Positions 20,052 to 28,940 of a stretch of DNA of 64,000 nucleotides are shown here, in pieces. The notes beneath the pieces are model-generated. The model did no database searches. It had not been told where the DNA came from and worked only from the letters and a program-made list of their open reading frames with translations. How positions within the stretch are numbered: the stretch's first letter is position 1; each line of letters begins with the position of its first letter. This DNA comes from Ohtaekwangia sp. (GTDB lineage Bacteria > Bacteroidota > Bacteroidia > Cytophagales > Cyclobacteriaceae): NCBI RefSeq assembly GCF_036786105.1, contig NZ_DAIQRQ010000002.1, forward strand, positions 16,624 to 80,623, read 5' to 3'. The position numbers and the translations under genes were made by a program.

Positions 20052-20615
20052 TCAAAGTGTATTCGCCTGAATAGCAACATCCAGTGTTACACTCATAACG
20101 AATGATACGGGTGTTTGCGAAAGTGTTCCCGTCAGGTAAACTTTTACAGCCTTTTTGTCTTTCAACATCGATTCAACTTTGGCTACATCGCTGGCCGGTA
20201 TGGTAAGTTCGAAAACGGTTCCCGCGGTATAGGCTGCTTTCAGATCGAGGTTGGTGATGGTTGCAGAAACATTTGAAGTTGATCCAGCCTCATCACCAAA
20301 AGCCAGTATACCATTGAAGATGGTTGAGAAATCTCCGGTATAGGAAGATATAGTATAATTAATCTTTTTTACTTCAAAACCTTTGATCTTGTCTTTATAG
20401 CGTTCTATTTCAGAATCGGTGGTAGCGTCCAGCACAATTTCCTGCTCGTACGGAACGTCTTTACCGCTGCTGGTTTCAGAAACAGCAATATTCTGGTCTA
20501 GTGTTCTGTTGAAAGTAACATCATCTGCTTTGTCGAACAGATTGCATGAAGTGAACAACGTTGCTGTCAGAAACAGCAGGGCCAGTGATAGCGATCTTAG
20601 CGTTAGGATTTTCAT
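20052..20615 (-). CDS. hypothetical lipoprotein
   Basis: 187 aa with signal peptide and lipobox (LFTSC). Beta-rich, with no recognisable family. Confidence 0.65.
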   Translation of the reverse strand: MKILTLRSLSLALLFLTATLFTSCNLFDKADDVTFNRTLDQNIAVSETSSGKDVPYEQEIVLDATTDSEIERYKDKIKGFEVKKINYTISSYTGDFSTIFNGILAFGDEAGSTSNVSATITNLDLKAAYTAGTVFELTIPASDVAKVESMLKDKKAVKVYLTGTLSQTPVSFVMSVTLDVAIQANTL

Positions 20616-20736
20616 GGGGGTAGAATATTTACGTAAAGCTAAGCGATTTTATAAAGCTATGCACAGCCGGAAAACAAATCAACTCCACAATCATGTGGGG
20701 CATGTTGCACGAGGCGGTTTTGATAGTAGAAAAGTA

Positions 20737-21372
20737 CTAAATCTCTCCGCGCAACGATTTGGAAATAACTTCTGCCTTGCCGTGCACGTGAAGTTTGCGA
20801 TAGATATTTTTGATATGAAAGCGCACCGTTTCTATGCTGATATCCATGCGATCGGCAATCAATTTATAACTCAGGCCATCTACCAAACCAATCACGATCT
20901 CTTTCTCTTTTGCGGAAAGAGGCGACTGTGGTTCTTTCTTTTTGGCATTGCTCTGGCTGAAATGTTCAATCACTTTCCTGGCAATCTGTGGCGACATGGG
21001 TGAGCCGCCTTTGGAAAGTAATTCGATGCCTTCTTTGATTTCCTCCAGCGGAGTATTCTTTAGCAGATATCCGGTGGCACCGGCACACAATGAATCGAAG
21101 ATGCGCCTGGAATCATTGTATACCGAAAACACAATGATATCTACATCACTATATTTCTCTTTGATGAGCTTAATGCCTTCGATACCCGACATACCGGGCA
21201 GGCCAAGATCCATGATCAACACATTGGGAATATTAACGGATGTTATATTCTTTAGAAACTCTTCCACTGAACCGTAAGAATATTCGCAGGCAAAGTTTTC
21301 CTGCCGGTTCAAAAAGGTTTGAACACCCTTGCGGATTTCTTCATCATCTTCAATAATGCCTATCAGGATCAT
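20737..21372 (-). CDS. response regulator, NarL/LuxR family (REC + LuxR HTH)
   Basis: Receiver motifs (IEDDEE, LIMDLGLPGMSG) and a C-terminal LuxR-type HTH (LSAKEKEIV...ETVRFHIKNIYRKL). No kinase gene is adjacent. Confidence 0.9.
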   Translation of the reverse strand: MILIGIIEDDEEIRKGVQTFLNRQENFACEYSYGSVEEFLKNITSVNIPNVLIMDLGLPGMSGIEGIKLIKEKYSDVDIIVFSVYNDSRRIFDSLCAGATGYLLKNTPLEEIKEGIELLSKGGSPMSPQIARKVIEHFSQSNAKKKEPQSPLSAKEKEIVIGLVDGLSYKLIADRMDISIETVRFHIKNIYRKLHVHGKAEVISKSLRGEI

Positions 21373-21436
21373 AGTGCAAAATAATCAAAGGAGATGGTAT
21401 TCATAAGGAAAGCGCGACCCATAAAGATGGGGGAGT

Positions 21437-22372
21437 TTATTTCAGTAAATGATCTGTGCGGGGAACGAGAAAACGAAGCTTATGCGAAGTTATGCGAATG
21501 GTTGCCGGAAGTTTACCGAGCAGTTCTCCGTCTGCTTCAATAAGACAATCACTTTCGGAAGTTAGTGTAACGAATGTTGCTTTCTTATACCACACTTCCG
21601 GAATGTTGATGTGCTTACCTTGCTTCAGTGGTATAGAGTTTCGGACAAAATCAAGCACCGATACATTTCCGCATATAAAAGCTTCCAGTATGCCATCGTT
21701 CAATATCGCATCAGGGGCTACACATAATCCGTGGCCGTAATACTTGCCATTGCCAAATGCCATCGTGCGCAGTTTACCCTGCCACTCCCAGTCGTCAGCT
21801 TTTGCAGTAACCACCATAGGGCTATAAGTGAGAAAGGTTCTTAAGATAGAAAGGAAGTATGTAACTGCCGAACCCAACGATCGCCCGCTGTCAAGCACAC
21901 GCTTTACTACTTCAGGTCCCATACCGAGGTCTGCTACATTGATAAAGTAACGATGCCCTGATCCTTCAGAAGTGGTGTAATGTACCTCACCCACATCAAT
22001 CTCCCGCGTATTGAAATCCTTTAACAGCGCTAATAATTTTGCGGCGTTTGACGGTATATCTATACTTCGTGCAAAATCGTTTCCCGTACCAACAGGCACC
22101 ACGGCAATAGCCGGCAGATGTTTTACATTTTCTCGTCCCGCCAGCATACCGTTTACAACCTGGTGCAAGGTGCCATCACCACCAGCAGCTATAATCACAT
22201 CATATAACTTGTCGGTTGCTTTTGATGCCAGCGAAAAAGCATCATGACGCGAACGCGTCTCAAACAGATCTACCGTATAAACCGACCGTAATACAGGCAA
22301 AACCTTGCGGCAAAAAAATCTCTTGTCGAGTGCTATACCATTCAGAATAATCGCTAGCCGCAACGGTTTCAC
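21437..22372 (-). CDS. diacylglycerol/lipid kinase family protein (YegS/BmrU-like)
   Basis: 311 aa with DAGK catalytic-domain motifs IIAAGGDGTLHQVVNG and PVGTGNDFAR. Confidence 0.85.
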   Translation of the reverse strand: MKPLRLAIILNGIALDKRFFCRKVLPVLRSVYTVDLFETRSRHDAFSLASKATDKLYDVIIAAGGDGTLHQVVNGMLAGRENVKHLPAIAVVPVGTGNDFARSIDIPSNAAKLLALLKDFNTREIDVGEVHYTTSEGSGHRYFINVADLGMGPEVVKRVLDSGRSLGSAVTYFLSILRTFLTYSPMVVTAKADDWEWQGKLRTMAFGNGKYYGHGLCVAPDAILNDGILEAFICGNVSVLDFVRNSIPLKQGKHINIPEVWYKKATFVTLTSESDCLIEADGELLGKLPATIRITSHKLRFLVPRTDHLLK

Positions 22373-22381
22373 AAACAGAAG

Positions 22382-23488
22382 TTACTTGCAGTTCTTTTTG
22401 ATGAGTGCTTTTGCTTCTGTAGAGCCCAGCTCTTCTGCGTGTTTAAAATCGAGGCACGCATCGTATTTGTTGTTCATACTGATTTTTACCAAACCACGCT
22501 GAAAGTAAGTTTCAGGATCGCTTGGGTATAGCTCGATGGAGGAGGAATAATCTTCTACAGCGCCGGCATAGTCTTCCTTCTCTGTTTTGCTCAGGGCACG
22601 GTTATCGTAATATACCGGGTTGGTATCATCAAGCTCGATGGCTTTTGTATAATCGGCTATGGCGCCATCGTGATCTTCGAGATTATACTTTACTACACCG
22701 CGAAGGTTAAACGTTTCGGGGTCGGTAGCATTCAACTCAATGGCTTTTGAATAATCTTCCAGCGCTCCTTTAAAATCCTGTTTGGCATTTTTGGCCAGCG
22801 CGCGATTCTCAAACTTCAATGGATCTTTTGGATCAAGTTTTAAAGCTTCGTTGTAGTCTGCAATAGCAAGGTCAAGATTGCCCGTGTTGTAGTAGGCTAC
22901 ACCGCGATAGTTATATAGTCCAGCATCCGTCTTATCCATTTCGATGGCCTTGGTATAATCATCAATAGCGCTGATAAATTCACCAAGCTCAGCTTTCACC
23001 ACACCGCGATTGAAGTATTTGTCGGAATCAGCTGGGCCGAGTTCCAGTGCTTTTGAAAAATCGAAGTATGCACCTTGCAGGTCTTCAATATTATACTTGG
23101 CAAGGCCACGGTTGCTATAGGCATCAGCAAATTTGCTGTTGAACTTAATTGCTTTATCGAAGTCTGTAATGGCAGCTTCATCATCGCCAAGGGCCATCTT
23201 GGCTTCACCGCGATTGTTGAGTGCATCGGCAAAGGTGGAGTCAATGTCCAGTGCAGCATTGTAATCGCCAATGGCACCATAGAAGTCTTCCAGCTCCATG
23301 CGTGCTTGCCCACGAAGATTGAGCGCCAGCTTGTTTTTCGGATTACTATCAATGATTTTGGTGAGGTCTGCTTTTGCTCCTTTAAAGTCACTAGCCTGAA
23401 TTTTCTTTTTAGCACTTTCAAGTTGTGCGTCCTGGGCGTACGATACGAGAGCGAAGAAGATCAAAAAAATGAATGCAAATGGTTTCAT
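22382..23488 (-). CDS. secreted tetratricopeptide (TPR) repeat protein
   Basis: Signal peptide MKPFAFIFLIFFALVSYAQ, then about nine consecutive 34-aa TPR units with recurring A..Y...I..DP pattern. Confidence 0.9.
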   Translation of the reverse strand: MKPFAFIFLIFFALVSYAQDAQLESAKKKIQASDFKGAKADLTKIIDSNPKNKLALNLRGQARMELEDFYGAIGDYNAALDIDSTFADALNNRGEAKMALGDDEAAITDFDKAIKFNSKFADAYSNRGLAKYNIEDLQGAYFDFSKALELGPADSDKYFNRGVVKAELGEFISAIDDYTKAIEMDKTDAGLYNYRGVAYYNTGNLDLAIADYNEALKLDPKDPLKFENRALAKNAKQDFKGALEDYSKAIELNATDPETFNLRGVVKYNLEDHDGAIADYTKAIELDDTNPVYYDNRALSKTEKEDYAGAVEDYSSSIELYPSDPETYFQRGLVKISMNNKYDACLDFKHAEELGSTEAKALIKKNCK

Positions 23489-23660
23489 GCCGGAGTTTTA
23501 AAAATCATGGCCAATTTAAACATAAAAACGAAGCAGCACGATCTATATTTCCACGTTCGTCCGGTAAATCCTGGTAATGTGATCTGTGGTTTTACCATTC
23601 ATCCTGTTTTAGAAAAGGTAGTTCGGTTCTTTCTGCTATTTTCACATTAAAAGCTTTTTT

Positions 23661-24770
23661 ATGAGGAGATACTTTGTTTTTATAATGGTGGCCTGGAGTG
23701 GTATAGTTTCATGCCGTGCCCAGGAGAAGCCGCTTGATATGAAAATGGATTTTGAAGAGTATGATCCGCCATCAACGCTTATTGTACCGGAGCATCATGT
23801 AACACGCGCCAAGTTTCCTTTCATTGACGTGCACAATCACCAGTTCAATATGCCTACACAGGACCTGAATGCGTTGTTGAAAGAAATGGATAAGCTCAAC
23901 ATGATGGTGATGGTAAACCTGAGCGGCCGTGGCAGAGGCAGCACCGAGCACTTGGATAAATCGCTGGAGAATGTAAAGAAAACCAACCCGAAAAGACTGG
24001 TGGTATTTACGAATATGGATTTTGCAGCGATCGATGATCCGGAATGGCAGGGCCGTATGCTGAAGCAACTGGAAGACGATGTGAAGAAAGGTGCCAGTGG
24101 ATTGAAGATATATAAGAACCTCGGCATGTTTACGTTCGATAGCAAGGGGAGGCGAGTGCATATTGATGATCCGCGCATCGATCCTATCTGGGAGAAGTGT
24201 GGCGAGCTGGGTATACCGGTATTGATTCATGCAGCCGATCCCAAACAGTTCTGGCAGCCGATCGATAAAAACAACGAGCGCTGGCTGGAACTAAAGCTTC
24301 ATCCGGGAAGAAGACATGACACGGATACGGTTTCGTGGGAAACGATCATCGCGGAACAGCATAATATTTTCAGAAAACATCCGAAGACTAAATTTATCAA
24401 TGCACACCTCGGCTGGTATGGAAGTGACCTGAAGAAGCTGGGAGAGCTGCTGGATAAATATCCAAATATGTATACCGAGATCGGTGCTGTTATAGCCGAG
24501 CTGGGTCGTCAGCCACGGGCTGCAAAAACATTCTTAACCAGGTATCAGGATCGTGTATTGTTCGGCAAGGATTCGTGGGTGCCGGAAGAATATGAAACGT
24601 ACTTCCGTGTATTGGAAACTGCTGACGAGTATTTCCCTTATCATAAACGTTACCATGCCTACTGGCGGATGTATGGACTTGATTTGCCAGACGATATTTT
24701 GAAAAAGATATACTATAAAAACGCACTGCGCATCATTCCAAACATTGATGCAAGTCAGTTTCCCAAATAA
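23661..24770 (+). CDS. amidohydrolase family protein (secreted)
   Basis: 369 aa with a signal peptide and metal-binding HxH-like FIDVHNHQ near the N-terminus, on a TIM-barrel amidohydrolase pattern. Confidence 0.75.
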   Translation: MRRYFVFIMVAWSGIVSCRAQEKPLDMKMDFEEYDPPSTLIVPEHHVTRAKFPFIDVHNHQFNMPTQDLNALLKEMDKLNMMVMVNLSGRGRGSTEHLDKSLENVKKTNPKRLVVFTNMDFAAIDDPEWQGRMLKQLEDDVKKGASGLKIYKNLGMFTFDSKGRRVHIDDPRIDPIWEKCGELGIPVLIHAADPKQFWQPIDKNNERWLELKLHPGRRHDTDTVSWETIIAEQHNIFRKHPKTKFINAHLGWYGSDLKKLGELLDKYPNMYTEIGAVIAELGRQPRAAKTFLTRYQDRVLFGKDSWVPEEYETYFRVLETADEYFPYHKRYHAYWRMYGLDLPDDILKKIYYKNALRIIPNIDASQFPK

Positions 24771-24778
24771 TACAAATG

Positions 24779-24812
24779 CGCTGTCAGGGTATATATCTGC
24801 ACCTTGACAGCG
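24779..24812. terminator. stem-loop between convergent genes
   Basis: 12-bp stem CGCTGTCAGGGT / ACCTTGACAGCG (one G-T pair) with a 10-nt loop, followed by ATATTTTA. Confidence 0.6.
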
Positions 24813-24827
24813 ATATTTTACCAGTAG

Positions 24828-25580
24828 TTATTCCGTTGTTTTGTCTTTTGATTTGGAAGACGCACTACCGCCAAACCGAAAGCCCAGGCCTGTGCCCAAT
24901 TGGAACGAGCGATACTCAAAATATACATCCGGACTTGCCACGATTGTAGCGCCTACCTGAAACGTAAAGAAGAGGTGGTTATTCGCCAGGTTAACACGAC
25001 CCATTACGGCTGGCTCCACAAATACTTTTGCGGATGAATTTACATTGGTAACAACAATTCCGGTAACATCGTCCTTGAATTGATAAAAGTTAACTACCGA
25101 GAATCGCGGGATGAACGACACGTGCATTACTTTCTTGTTGATACCAAAGGCAGGCTGCACAAAAAAACGTTCATATTTTCCCGTAGCCTGCGAGGTACCC
25201 CCTGAAAAAAAACTATAGTCGGCATAACTGGAGGCTTCACCTTTTCCATAACCACCAAAAATTTCGTAGCACCAGATGCCATCATTTTCATAATAGCCAA
25301 TGCCACCTTCCAGGAATTTGTGTTTGTGATAATCGTCTGTATTGTTGTTACTACTGCTGGTTGTAGCAGAGCGATCTTCAAAAGAATAATTGGTCATTAC
25401 ACCAATGTGGTTGGAAACGGATAACGCTCCCTGCAGATCAAGGCCATTGCCAATTTGCATAGAGCCTTGAAACTCTCCACCTTTCGTGAACAAAGGTGAG
25501 TTGCGCAGGTTGGGTACATAAACCGGTGCACAAGAGGAAGCGATCAAAATAACACAGAGGGGGAGTAAATATTTTTGCAT
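24828..25580 (-). CDS. hypothetical outer-membrane-type lipoprotein (beta-rich)
   Basis: 250 aa with a lipoprotein signal (LIASSC) and alternating aromatic/Gly-rich beta-strand pattern. The C-terminal tail is Ser/Lys-rich. Confidence 0.6.
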   Translation of the reverse strand: MQKYLLPLCVILIASSCAPVYVPNLRNSPLFTKGGEFQGSMQIGNGLDLQGALSVSNHIGVMTNYSFEDRSATTSSSNNNTDDYHKHKFLEGGIGYYENDGIWCYEIFGGYGKGEASSYADYSFFSGGTSQATGKYERFFVQPAFGINKKVMHVSFIPRFSVVNFYQFKDDVTGIVVTNVNSSAKVFVEPAVMGRVNLANNHLFFTFQVGATIVASPDVYFEYRSFQLGTGLGFRFGGSASSKSKDKTTE

Positions 25581-25621
25581 GCTTGATTGTTTAGTATTCT
25601 AAATTTAAAAAAACTTGCACA

Positions 25622-26221
25622 ATGAAGATAGATGCTACAAAAGTTGAGCTGGTAAACAGCCTTATTCGTAACCGGCGTTCTGTTTACCAGCAACATTATA
25701 CAGGTGAGAGGGTAGATGATGAAATTGTTACACAGATGCTGGAAAATGCGCGATGGGCTCCTACACACAAGCTCACAGAGCCCTGGCAGTTTGTTGTATT
25801 TACCGGTGAGGGTTTAAGGAAGTTAGGTGAAGCCCAGGCAACAGTATATAAGAAAGTAACAGAAGCCGATGGCACATTCAAGGAAGAGCGCTATCAAAAC
25901 CTGCTCACTAAAACAACACTGTCATCGCATATCATTGCTGTTGGAATGAAGCGCGATGACAAAAAATCAATACCTGAAGTGGAAGAGATAGGTGCTGTAT
26001 TTTGTGCGGTTGAAAACATGTATCTCACCGCAGCAGCGTATGGTATAGGCTGTTACCTGAGCACTGGAGGTATAACTTACTTTGAAGCAGCAAAAGAGTT
26101 ATTCGGCCTTGGTGATGATGATAAGCTTCTGGGTTTCCTGCACATCGGTATACCGAAAGCAGCTATACCCGATAGTAAACGTAAACCCATTGAAGATAAA
26201 TCTGTGTGGGTAAGAGGTTAG
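25622..26221 (+). CDS. nitroreductase family protein
   Basis: 199 aa with N-terminal RRSVY and the WAPTHKLTEPW motif, typical of FMN nitroreductases. Confidence 0.85.
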   Translation: MKIDATKVELVNSLIRNRRSVYQQHYTGERVDDEIVTQMLENARWAPTHKLTEPWQFVVFTGEGLRKLGEAQATVYKKVTEADGTFKEERYQNLLTKTTLSSHIIAVGMKRDDKKSIPEVEEIGAVFCAVENMYLTAAAYGIGCYLSTGGITYFEAAKELFGLGDDDKLLGFLHIGIPKAAIPDSKRKPIEDKSVWVRG

Positions 26222-26896
26222 CCCACTGGCTTCTGGCTGCAAGCCGCTGGATGTGCATCTATATCTTCGGACTTTCCGTCTTCCGGGCTCTTGCAATTGA
26301 TTTGTTCAAAAGTTTTCTGTGCAATTCTGTTCCCGATACTATCGGGATGGAGGCTGCATCCAGTTCAACATTCAACTGATAACAATAACGATTTCTGCTG
26401 GGTATTAACGCACACCACAGTAGGCGATAAGTTGATTCACCATTTTCAGTGTATTAAAATGCGTTAATGTATCACCCTATATAAACTATTATATCAGCCA
26501 GAGCCTCTCAAGTTGAGATATAGTCAACTATATCCTGTTCAAGGATCTCCACAGGCAATTTGTTTTGTTAACTTGCAGTTCGCTCAAAAGCTGATGATTG
26601 AAATCAATGACCTTTACAACAAAACGGAGCTTTGCAAGAGGTATACTTTGCAAGCCCTGGCCTGCACCCGGGTGAATCGCAACCTTTGTTGTAACAGGCA
26701 AGATTTAGTTGGCATGAAAGTGGCTTCCTGGTTACTGTGCTTCTCTTTAAAATCTTCTGATATATCATGAATAAAATTACCGGAGGTGTGTGTCGTAGTG
26801 CTCTTTACTGTCATCCTGGCGAATTATAAAGTACTTTCATTAAATGAAACGGTTACTAAGCACGTTATTCAATAAATTAAATCAAAAATCAATTGT

Positions 26897-27436
26897 ATGA
26901 GATACGCTATACTCTTTGTTATTGTATTGTCGAACCTGGCAGCGAAAGCTCAGGCGGTCGGTAAAATGTTTCCGGCCATGGAAGCTGAAACTGTTGAAGA
27001 TAAAAAAGTAAAGTTGCCAGACGATGTAAAAGGCAAATATACTCTGCTTGGACTGGCTTATTCTAAAAAGTCAGAAGATGAACTGAACTCATGGTTTCAA
27101 CCCGTGTTCGAGAAGTTTATACAAAAAACATCGGGTGTATTATCTGGCTTTTCGTACGATGTGAATGTATACTTCGTTCCCATGTTTACGGGTGTGAACG
27201 CAGCTGCTACCGGCACTGCGAAACGGAAAGCGATAAAAAACATAGACCCACAACTGTTACCTTACATCTTATTCTACAAAGGCGAATTAAAGCCCTACAA
27301 AGAAGCTCTCGATTTCGAAAAGAGAGACATCCCTTACTTCTTTGTACTGGATGCCACCGGCAAGATTGTCTACGCAACCTCCGGGAAATACTCATCAGAT
27401 AAAATGGATAAAGTAGAAGAAGTTATGGAGGAGTAG
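26897..27436 (+). CDS. hypothetical secreted protein (thioredoxin-fold-like, no CxxC)
   Basis: 179 aa with signal peptide MRYAILFVIVLSNLAAKAQA. The pattern GKYTLLGLAY resembles redoxin folds, but no Cys is present. Confidence 0.6.
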   Translation: MRYAILFVIVLSNLAAKAQAVGKMFPAMEAETVEDKKVKLPDDVKGKYTLLGLAYSKKSEDELNSWFQPVFEKFIQKTSGVLSGFSYDVNVYFVPMFTGVNAAATGTAKRKAIKNIDPQLLPYILFYKGELKPYKEALDFEKRDIPYFFVLDATGKIVYATSGKYSSDKMDKVEEVMEE

Positions 27437-27486
27437 TTAGCCGTTACACATTAATGAAGAAAAACTTTTAATCAATAACGAATTTC

Positions 27487-27520
27487 AAAATGTCAGGCGG
27501 AGATGTCTGACATTTTCGTT
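27487..27520 (+). terminator. rho-independent terminator
   Basis: 10-bp stem AAAATGTCAG / CTGACATTTT with a T-rich tail (TTTTCGTTT). Confidence 0.7.
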
Positions 27521-27649
27521 TATAGCCCTTTAAGGAGGGAGCCAGGTGAAATCCTGACCTGCACAACCGGGCTCCTCACAGCTGCTTTGATAACGATTAA
27601 CGTGTAACCTATAACAGTTACGGATAATCTAATTCATTATCTTCGCTGC

Positions 27650-28369
27650 ATGGATTTCATTAGCCTGTTAGCGTTGGCACTGGCTCCCGGTGTGGCCATT
27701 GGTATATATATTTATCTAAAAGACAGGCATGAGCGCGAACCGCTGCTGTTGCTTTTCATCAGCTTTCTGTATGGCGCCCTCAGCGTTGTAGTTACCTGGA
27801 TGATCAGCATGCCGGTAAACCTGTTGATCCTTACCAAAGAAGAAGATGTTGTGCACCAGTTTGTAAACGCATTCTTTAAAGTGGCGTTGATCGAGGAGTT
27901 CAGCAAATTCATCTTTGTTCGGTTTATACTTTTTTACAATAAGAATTTTAACGAGCCCTTCGATGGCATTGTCTATGCTGTTATGGTAGGCATGGGGTTT
28001 GCCACTTTGGAGAATATAGCGTATGTATTTCAATACGGACTGGTAACGGGTATACTTCGTGTCTTTACAGCTGTGCCGGCGCACGCTACCTTCGCGGTGA
28101 TGATGGGATTCTTTCTGGGTAAAGCGAAATTCACACATCGCCAGCGTATAGGGCTTAGTGTTGGGGCGTTACTGGCGGCTACATTCTTTCATGGCCTGTA
28201 CGATTACTTCTGGTTTATAGCATATATACCCGGCATTGGTATCTGTGCCATTGTATCGTTGATCATCGGGTTTATTTTATCACGAAAAGCCATACGCCTG
28301 CATCAGCAGGCTTCGCCTTTTATTGATCAGCACCTGGAAGGAAATGAACAACAGCGCCTTGAACCCTGA
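27650..28369 (+). CDS. PrsW-family intramembrane protease
   Basis: 239 aa polytopic membrane protein with conserved EEFSKF and HGLYD motifs of the PrsW family. Confidence 0.8.
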   Translation: MDFISLLALALAPGVAIGIYIYLKDRHEREPLLLLFISFLYGALSVVVTWMISMPVNLLILTKEEDVVHQFVNAFFKVALIEEFSKFIFVRFILFYNKNFNEPFDGIVYAVMVGMGFATLENIAYVFQYGLVTGILRVFTAVPAHATFAVMMGFFLGKAKFTHRQRIGLSVGALLAATFFHGLYDYFWFIAYIPGIGICAIVSLIIGFILSRKAIRLHQQASPFIDQHLEGNEQQRLEP

Positions 28370-28894
28370 TCACTGAATCTTTTTAAGGGTAGCTGTTTTT
28401 TTAAAGTATCCCTTCCTGATCAGGTCTAACAGTTCTTTGGGAGAAGGATCGATCTGGTAAAGAGTTTCCGTAGGCAGCACCGTAGAGTCTACCTTGATTT
28501 CTTTTGATAGATTTTTCAAAAGCTCGGGAAAAACGTTCTCTTCGGTAGCCAGCATATAACAGCTTATGTCGCCATTCTTTTCCTGCTCGAACACGCGCAA
28601 CAACCACTCTGGCCGATCATTTATACTAATGAAATAGAATCCTTTGTAGAATTTGAGTAACAAGCTGTCGCTCAAGTGGCTGCCTCTTTTCGGATCGCTC
28701 GAAGCAAAATATGTATTGCTTTGCACCACCAGCGTATCGCGGACGGAACGGTTATCTTCAGGCAACAGATATTTACCTTGCAGATTTTTAGGTATACGTC
28801 GAAGGCTCTCTACTCCCTTCGGTTGCGGTTCACGATACGTTATCTCTTTGCAACCTATACATGCCAGGAGTATACAATAGACTAAAATGTTCTT
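28370..28894 (-). CDS. hypothetical lipoprotein
   Basis: The internal ATG at 28894 gives lipoprotein signal MKNILVYCILLAC. The longer ORF starting at 28966 would overlap the upstream GAF gene and lacks a signal-like N-terminus. Confidence 0.6.
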   Translation of the reverse strand, partial: KNILVYCILLACIGCKEITYREPQPKGVESLRRIPKNLQGKYLLPEDNRSVRDTLVVQSNTYFASSDPKRGSHLSDSLLLKFYKGFYFISINDRPEWLLRVFEQEKNGDISCYMLATEENVFPELLKNLSKEIKVDSTVLPTETLYQIDPSPKELLDLIRKGYFKKTATLKKIQ

Positions 28895-28940
28895 CATAAA
28901 AATGAAAGGTACAAAGAACAACGAAAAAGCAAAAAATAGC

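Noticed and set aside
20419-21003. 194-aa plus-strand ORF spanning the lipoprotein and response-regulator genes
   Set aside because: It overlaps two well-supported minus-strand genes and their intergenic region, and has no recognisable motifs.
22382-23488. Periodic repeats of about 102 nt at the DNA level that could be mistaken for a tandem repeat or array
   Set aside because: The periodicity is that of the 34-aa TPR coding units inside a single intact ORF.
23075-23650. 191-aa plus-strand ORF
   Set aside because: It is antisense to the TPR gene for most of its length, so it is a shadow ORF of a repeat-rich gene. The translation has no domain-like features.
26513-26814. 85-aa plus-strand and 66-aa minus-strand ORFs in the 675-nt gap, plus mini-ORFs such as MNKITGGVCRSALYCHPGEL at 26768-26830
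   Set aside because: They overlap one another on opposite strands and have atypical composition. No promoter or start context supports them, and no neighbouring maturation genes would support a peptide-precursor reading.
27091-27402. 103-aa alternative-frame ORF inside the 26897-27436 gene
   Set aside because: It is on the same strand but in a different frame, with an Arg/Cys-rich translation. The annotated frame has a signal peptide and a balanced composition.
27535-27577. Calling this element a cobalamin riboswitch
   Set aside because: Only the AGGGA...GGTGAAATCC part of the core is present. There is no CCCGC-ACTGT element, no B12 box, the element is too short, and the downstream gene is unrelated. 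I kept it only as an unexplained structured element.
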